This document shows positions 59,927 through 64,000 of a stretch of DNA of 64,000 nucleotides, piece after piece (position 1 is the stretch's first letter; every line of letters begins with the position of its first letter). Source of the stretch: Planctomycetota bacterium (lineage in GTDB: Bacteria > Planctomycetota > JAJSAM01 > JAJVHW01); NCBI GenBank assembly GCA_965248445.1, contig CBDFJG010000002.1:672001-736000 (forward strand), read 5' to 3'. Both the position numbers and the translations under genes were made by a program. The notes below the pieces were generated by a model. It ran no database searches. It saw only the letters and a list, made by a program, of their open reading frames with translations, and was not told the DNA's origin.

Positions 59927-60702
59927 CGGGAGCTCTCTCCTCGCGGGGTGCCGCCGACCGCGCGGCGCATCGCCACTGCCATCTCCCGGACGGCGCGCTC
60001 GAACCCGACGACCAGCGCGCGCGCGACGATCGAATGACCGATGTTCAGTTCCTCGACGCCCGCGATGCGCGCGACGGGACCGACGTTCTTGTAGTCGAGA
60101 CCGTGACCCGCGTGGACGATCAGGCCGATCTCACGGCCCGCCGCGGCCGCCATGGTCAGCTCGGCCAGCGCCTGTTCGCGATCGCGCCCGTGCGGCGCGT
60201 CGGCGTACCGGCCCGTGTGCAGTTCCACGGCGGCGGCGCCTGCCTCCCGCACCGCCTGCAACTGTTTCACGTCGGGATCGATGAACACCGAGACGACGGC
60301 GCCGCCCTCGGCAAGCCGTTCTACGACGGCCGCGACGCGCGCAGGATCCGCTGTGCAATCCAGCCCGCCCTCCGTCGTCACCTCCTCGCGCCGCTCCGGC
60401 ACGAGGCAGATCGCGTGCGGTCGGATGTCCTCCGCAATGCGCACGACTTCCGGCTCGCACGCGATCTCGAGATTGAGATGGCGCACGACGCTGCGTAGCA
60501 CGCGGACGTCGCGCTCCTGGATGTGCCGCCGGTCCTCGCGTAGGTGGACCGTGATCCCGTCGGCTCCGGCGGACTCGGCGAGCAACGCGCACTCGACCGG
60601 ATCCGGCCGGTCGCCGCGACGCGCCTGGCGCACCGTCGCCACGTGGTCCACGTTGACGCCGAGGCACGGCACGCCGGTCGGGGAGAGTGGTGTGACGAGC
60701 AT
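59923..60702 (-). CDS. pdxJ: pyridoxine 5'-phosphate synthase
   Basis: [50 protein letters not shown]. Confidence 0.95.
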   Translation of the reverse strand: MLVTPLSPTGVPCLGVNVDHVATVRQARRGDRPDPVECALLAESAGADGITVHLREDRRHIQERDVRVLRSVVRHLNLEIACEPEVVRIAEDIRPHAICLVPERREEVTTEGGLDCTADPARVAAVVERLAEGGAVVSVFIDPDVKQLQAVREAGAAAVELHTGRYADAPHGRDREQALAELTMAAAAGREIGLIVHAGHGLDYKNVGPVARIAGVEELNIGHSIVARALVVGFERAVREMAVAMRRAVGGTPRGESSR

Positions 60703-60791
60703 GCAGGGAGAGTAGCGGACCCGGGCTCCCGTCACCGCCTTCCCGGTGGGCGATCGGCCACGCTCGGGACACTGCGGAGTAGACTGGCCGG

Positions 60792-61256
60792 GTGCGCCTC
60801 CGACTCCCGCTCTGCCTCGCCCTCGCCGCCGTCGCCGGCCTGGTCACCCTGACCCTGCACGGGCAGGCGCAGGAGGAGACCGCGACGCTCTACGTGTCCG
60901 GTCTGACTGTGGGCAAGAAGCAGACGGCGCTCGTGCGCATCCACAACGCTTCCCCCAGTGCGGCGGACATCATCTCGGTCGAGTACCGCATCCGTCACAC
61001 CGATGCAGGCCAGACGCTGTTCCTCGCCCCTGCGGGTGCACCCGTCCGGTCGGGGGAGACGCTGGAACTCGACCTCGGGGCGATCGTGAACGCGCATCGC
61101 GCTTCGATCGACCTGGGCGAGTTCGAAGGTCCGGTTCAGTTCGTAGCGTTCGGGACAGGCGGGGTCTTCCGCTCGTTCGGCCCCGAGACGATGGTCGTCG
61201 AGGCGCAGCAGAAAGAGGGCCGGGCGACGTTCGCTCCCGTCGTGGAATGGAGATGA
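60792..61256 (+). CDS. secreted hypothetical beta-sandwich-like protein
   Basis: Signal peptide; similar layout to the next ORF. Confidence 0.65.
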   Translation: MRLRLPLCLALAAVAGLVTLTLHGQAQEETATLYVSGLTVGKKQTALVRIHNASPSAADIISVEYRIRHTDAGQTLFLAPAGAPVRSGETLELDLGAIVNAHRASIDLGEFEGPVQFVAFGTGGVFRSFGPETMVVEAQQKEGRATFAPVVEWR

Positions 61257-61260
61257 GCCG

Positions 61261-61785
61261 ATGAAGAGCCCAATCTGGAGAAGCCCAATCTGGAGCAGCA
61301 CTGGCCGGAGCAGCACTGGCCGACGTATCGCAGGCATCATCCCGCTGCTCGCCGTGGCCGCAGTGCTCGCGTTCTCGTTCGCACCGCGACACTCCGCGCA
61401 CGCCGACGGTGCGTCGTGCACGGCCGTTCTCGCCGGGATGGAGTCGGGGAAAAAGACGCCGGTCGAGATCCTCGTGATGAACCTGTCGCCGGGCACGGCG
61501 ACCCTCGACTTGCTCGTACGAGGTCCGGACGGCGCCGTGCTGCTGGATCAGGCGGGGTCGGTCGTCGTCACCGCGCGCGGCACGCGTTCGGTCTCGATCA
61601 GCGACCTGCTCGCCGAGGGCGTCAGGCCGAAGGACGTCTACAAGGGCCTCGTCTCCGTGGAACTGACGGGCGACGCTCCGTTCGGTGATGAGTTCTTCAT
61701 CGTTCACGCGACGCAGTATTTCGGGAAGCGCAAGAACCCGAAGGGTGCCGTGGTCTTCCGGGCGCTCTTCCTGACCGACGAGTAG
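61261..61785 (+). CDS. secreted hypothetical protein (distant paralog of the preceding gene)
   Basis: Signal peptide; G...GKK(Q/T)T...I.N.SP pattern shared with 60792..61256. Confidence 0.65.
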   Translation: MKSPIWRSPIWSSTGRSSTGRRIAGIIPLLAVAAVLAFSFAPRHSAHADGASCTAVLAGMESGKKTPVEILVMNLSPGTATLDLLVRGPDGAVLLDQAGSVVVTARGTRSVSISDLLAEGVRPKDVYKGLVSVELTGDAPFGDEFFIVHATQYFGKRKNPKGAVVFRALFLTDE

Positions 61786-61896
61786 CAGGCTGCTGGCCGA
61801 CGCACAACCGGCTGCTCGTAGACGAAGGGCCGGCCGCCACGATCACGGGCGGCGATTCGCTACGCGCGCACCGATCCCTACGTCCGCACCGACTCC

Positions 61897-62469
61897 CTAC
61901 GCCCGCACGAGGATGAGAAACACCGTGCGGCCGAAGGTCTTCTCCCGCTCGACCGAGTAGCCGGTCGCGTTCGCAGGCGCGAAGTCGCCCTTCTCGCACT
62001 GCACGACGACGCAGCCGCCGCCGGCCAGCACGGGCTCTTCGCCCTCGAGCAGCCACGCGAGCAGCTTCGAGACGTCGGCCCGCCGCTCCTTGAAGTGCGG
62101 GTACGGCGGCGCTACGAAAACGAGGTCGTGCTCCGCCCCGACGGGTGGCCGTCGGTAGGAGTCCGAGGAGACCACGCGTACCGCGGCATCCGCACCGAGC
62201 ACGTCGTGCACGTTCTGCCGCAGCGTGCCGAGCGCGGCCCTTGCGCGCTCCACGACCACCGCGCGGTCGGCGCCGCGGGAGATCGCCTCCACCACGAACG
62301 CGCCCGTGCCGCCGAACAGGTCGAGGACGGCGGCGCCGGGGAGTCGAGGCGCCAGGATGGCGAACAGCGACTCGCGGTGAGCGTCCATCGACGGCCGGGT
62401 TCCCTTGCCGGGCACGGACCGCAGGCGCCGGCCGCCGTGCTCCCCTCCGGTGATCCTCAGTCCGCTCAC
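61897..62469 (-). CDS. rsmD: 16S rRNA m2G966 methyltransferase RsmD
   Basis: LRITGG..GGRRL, TRP, RESLF, LDLFGGTG, EAISRGA, APPY. Confidence 0.88.
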   Translation of the reverse strand: MSGLRITGGEHGGRRLRSVPGKGTRPSMDAHRESLFAILAPRLPGAAVLDLFGGTGAFVVEAISRGADRAVVVERARAALGTLRQNVHDVLGADAAVRVVSSDSYRRPPVGAEHDLVFVAPPYPHFKERRADVSKLLAWLLEGEEPVLAGGGCVVVQCEKGDFAPANATGYSVEREKTFGRTVFLILVRA

Positions 62470-62666
62470 GACGCGAGGTTGCGGGCAACTCCGGGACCAG
62501 TGAACTATTCGCCCTGCCCGGCAGGGGGTCTGGGTGCCGCTCTCTGCCGGCGGTATCCGCTCGGCGGCGGCTACCGATACTGATAGAGCTTCAAAGGAGG
62601 GTCGGCAGGCTGTGCCGGCGACGGATGAGCCTATATCTACTCGACCGCTCGAGGGACGCCCTGCGG

Positions 62667-62924
62667 ATGAACAGTGAGCAGGACCACGACCGGACCGGAG
62701 ATTCTCCGGAGTCGGCAGAGACCGAAGCGACCGAGCCCACGGTCCATGCGGAGTTCGCAGAAGGGGAAGACCTGGCCGGGATTCTCAAGATGCTGACCCG
62801 CTCGCCCGATGCAAGAGGTGACCTCGTAGACGACATCCGCGCGCAGCTGAGCGCGGGTTCGTACCTCTCCGAGGAGAGGCTCAACCTCGCGATCTACAAG
62901 CTCCTCAAGGACTTTCTGGACTGA
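62667..62924 (+). CDS. FlgM-like anti-sigma-28 factor
   Basis: R.DLVDDIRAQLSAGSY..EERLNLAI.KLL C-terminal pattern. Confidence 0.55.
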   Translation: MNSEQDHDRTGDSPESAETEATEPTVHAEFAEGEDLAGILKMLTRSPDARGDLVDDIRAQLSAGSYLSEERLNLAIYKLLKDFLD

Positions 62925-62931
62925 TCCCACG

Positions 62932-64000
62932 ATGACTGGCGCCGGGCTGATTGGCATTGGTAACCGGCCCGATCGGCCGGGAGGCGGCAGCGCATCACGC
63001 CTCATCGCCGCCCTGCTGGCCGCGGTGCTCGTCTCTTCCGTCGCGCTGCCGGCGCGCGCGGGATGGTGGGACACCGCCGGCGGCGCGAAGGCCGCGACTC
63101 TGGAAGAGGTGCGAGCCACGCCTGACACGTGGCGTGACGTCCCCGTGGTTCTTCGCGTTCGCTTCGACGCTCTGGTCGAAGGCGTCAACCCGTTCTTCAC
63201 CCAGTTCACGGCCAAGGAGTGGCAGCCCATCGCGGTCCTGCCCCGCGGTGACAAGTCACCAGCGTCTCCCGTCCCGCGGATCGGTGAGACCACACAGGCG
63301 GCCCGCTTCAGCAAGGTGTTCGTCCGGCGCGGCGGCGCGGACGACCTGCGGCTCGCTCGACTGCGCCGCGGCCAGCCGCTGCTCGTGCGCGCCGTCGTGC
63401 GCGACACGACCGGCGGTGACCCGTGGCTCGAGGTTCTCTCGATCACGGCCGGCGGCGACGATCCGACGCCCGAGGAGAGCGCGACGATCCAGCAGGCCGA
63501 GCACTTCCTCTCGCGTGACAACCCCGGCGCCGCCGCGGTCCTGCTGAAGCAAGTCCTCGGCGGCCGCGAGTTGTCGACGGAACTCGAGCAACAGGTCCGC
63601 GGCCGTCTCGGCATCGCGCTCTACGAGATGCGACGGCACGACGAGGCGTTCCCGCACCTCGCCGCCGGGCTGCTCGCCGAACCGACCAACCGTGAGTTGC
63701 GCCGACGCGCTGCGGCAGTGGAAGACCACCTGGCAAGGGTCAAGTCCGGCGAGCGCGATCCGCTGAGCGCACGTGACCTCCCCGAGACGGCACGCCCGGC
63801 GAGGCCGGCGCCCGTGACACCGCCGCGAGACCCGTCGCTGGATGACGAGCCCGCGCCGCTGTCTCTCCCGGGCGCCCGTCCGCGTCTGGCGGGACCCGCG
63901 GGACTCGCCGCCCCGGTCACGCCGACGGGCGCCCCGCCGCAGCCCGCGACGGCCGGGGACGCTCCGACACGCCCTGCGGTGCGTCTGCCGCCCGCTCGCA
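62932..64000 (+). CDS. secreted hypothetical protein (TPR-like helices, Pro-rich region), runs off the window end
   Basis: Open frame from ATG 62932 (not in the ORF track): ...LIAALLAAVLVSSVALPARA-GWWD...NPFFTQFT... Confidence 0.65.
   Translation, partial: MTGAGLIGIGNRPDRPGGGSASRLIAALLAAVLVSSVALPARAGWWDTAGGAKAATLEEVRATPDTWRDVPVVLRVRFDALVEGVNPFFTQFTAKEWQPIAVLPRGDKSPASPVPRIGETTQAARFSKVFVRRGGADDLRLARLRRGQPLLVRAVVRDTTGGDPWLEVLSITAGGDDPTPEESATIQQAEHFLSRDNPGAAAVLLKQVLGGRELSTELEQQVRGRLGIALYEMRRHDEAFPHLAAGLLAEPTNRELRRRAAAVEDHLARVKSGERDPLSARDLPETARPARPAPVTPPRDPSLDDEPAPLSLPGARPRLAGPAGLAAPVTPTGAPPQPATAGDAPTRPAVRLPPAR

Overview
GC-rich bacterial chromosome segment, probably Planctomycetota. The lineage is inferred from the ClpC N-terminus, the YdjY-, STN-like and ARPP-1-like proteins, the Ser/Thr kinases and the ECF sigma factors. 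Housekeeping and metabolic genes include clpC, myo-inositol-1-P synthase, cystathionine gamma-lyase/synthase, ABC-F, a DEAD-box helicase, a Na/Pi transporter with PhoU, dapA, pdxJ and rsmD. These are interspersed with three copies of a 1669-bp IS1380-family element (CTAG target), one 1500-bp IS66-family element (8-bp TSD), and the right-hand part of a tRNA-Asp-targeting integrative element carrying a DHH phosphoesterase plus membrane protein pair. Two secreted proteins in the 45-53.5 kb cluster are split by in-frame TGA codons, each followed by a SECIS-like hairpin. One is a thioredoxin-like protein with tandem TGA-TGA at the active-site position, fused to Cys-less HMA-like domains. The other is a large Cys-rich protein whose predicted mature N-terminal residue would be selenocysteine. 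Two genes are frameshifted by exact 8-bp duplications that resemble IS66 footprints. Other oddities are a histone-H1-like/methyltransferase fusion and a cystathionine-beta-synthase-like protein lacking the PLP lysine. All assignments come from reading motifs by eye; no database searches were run.
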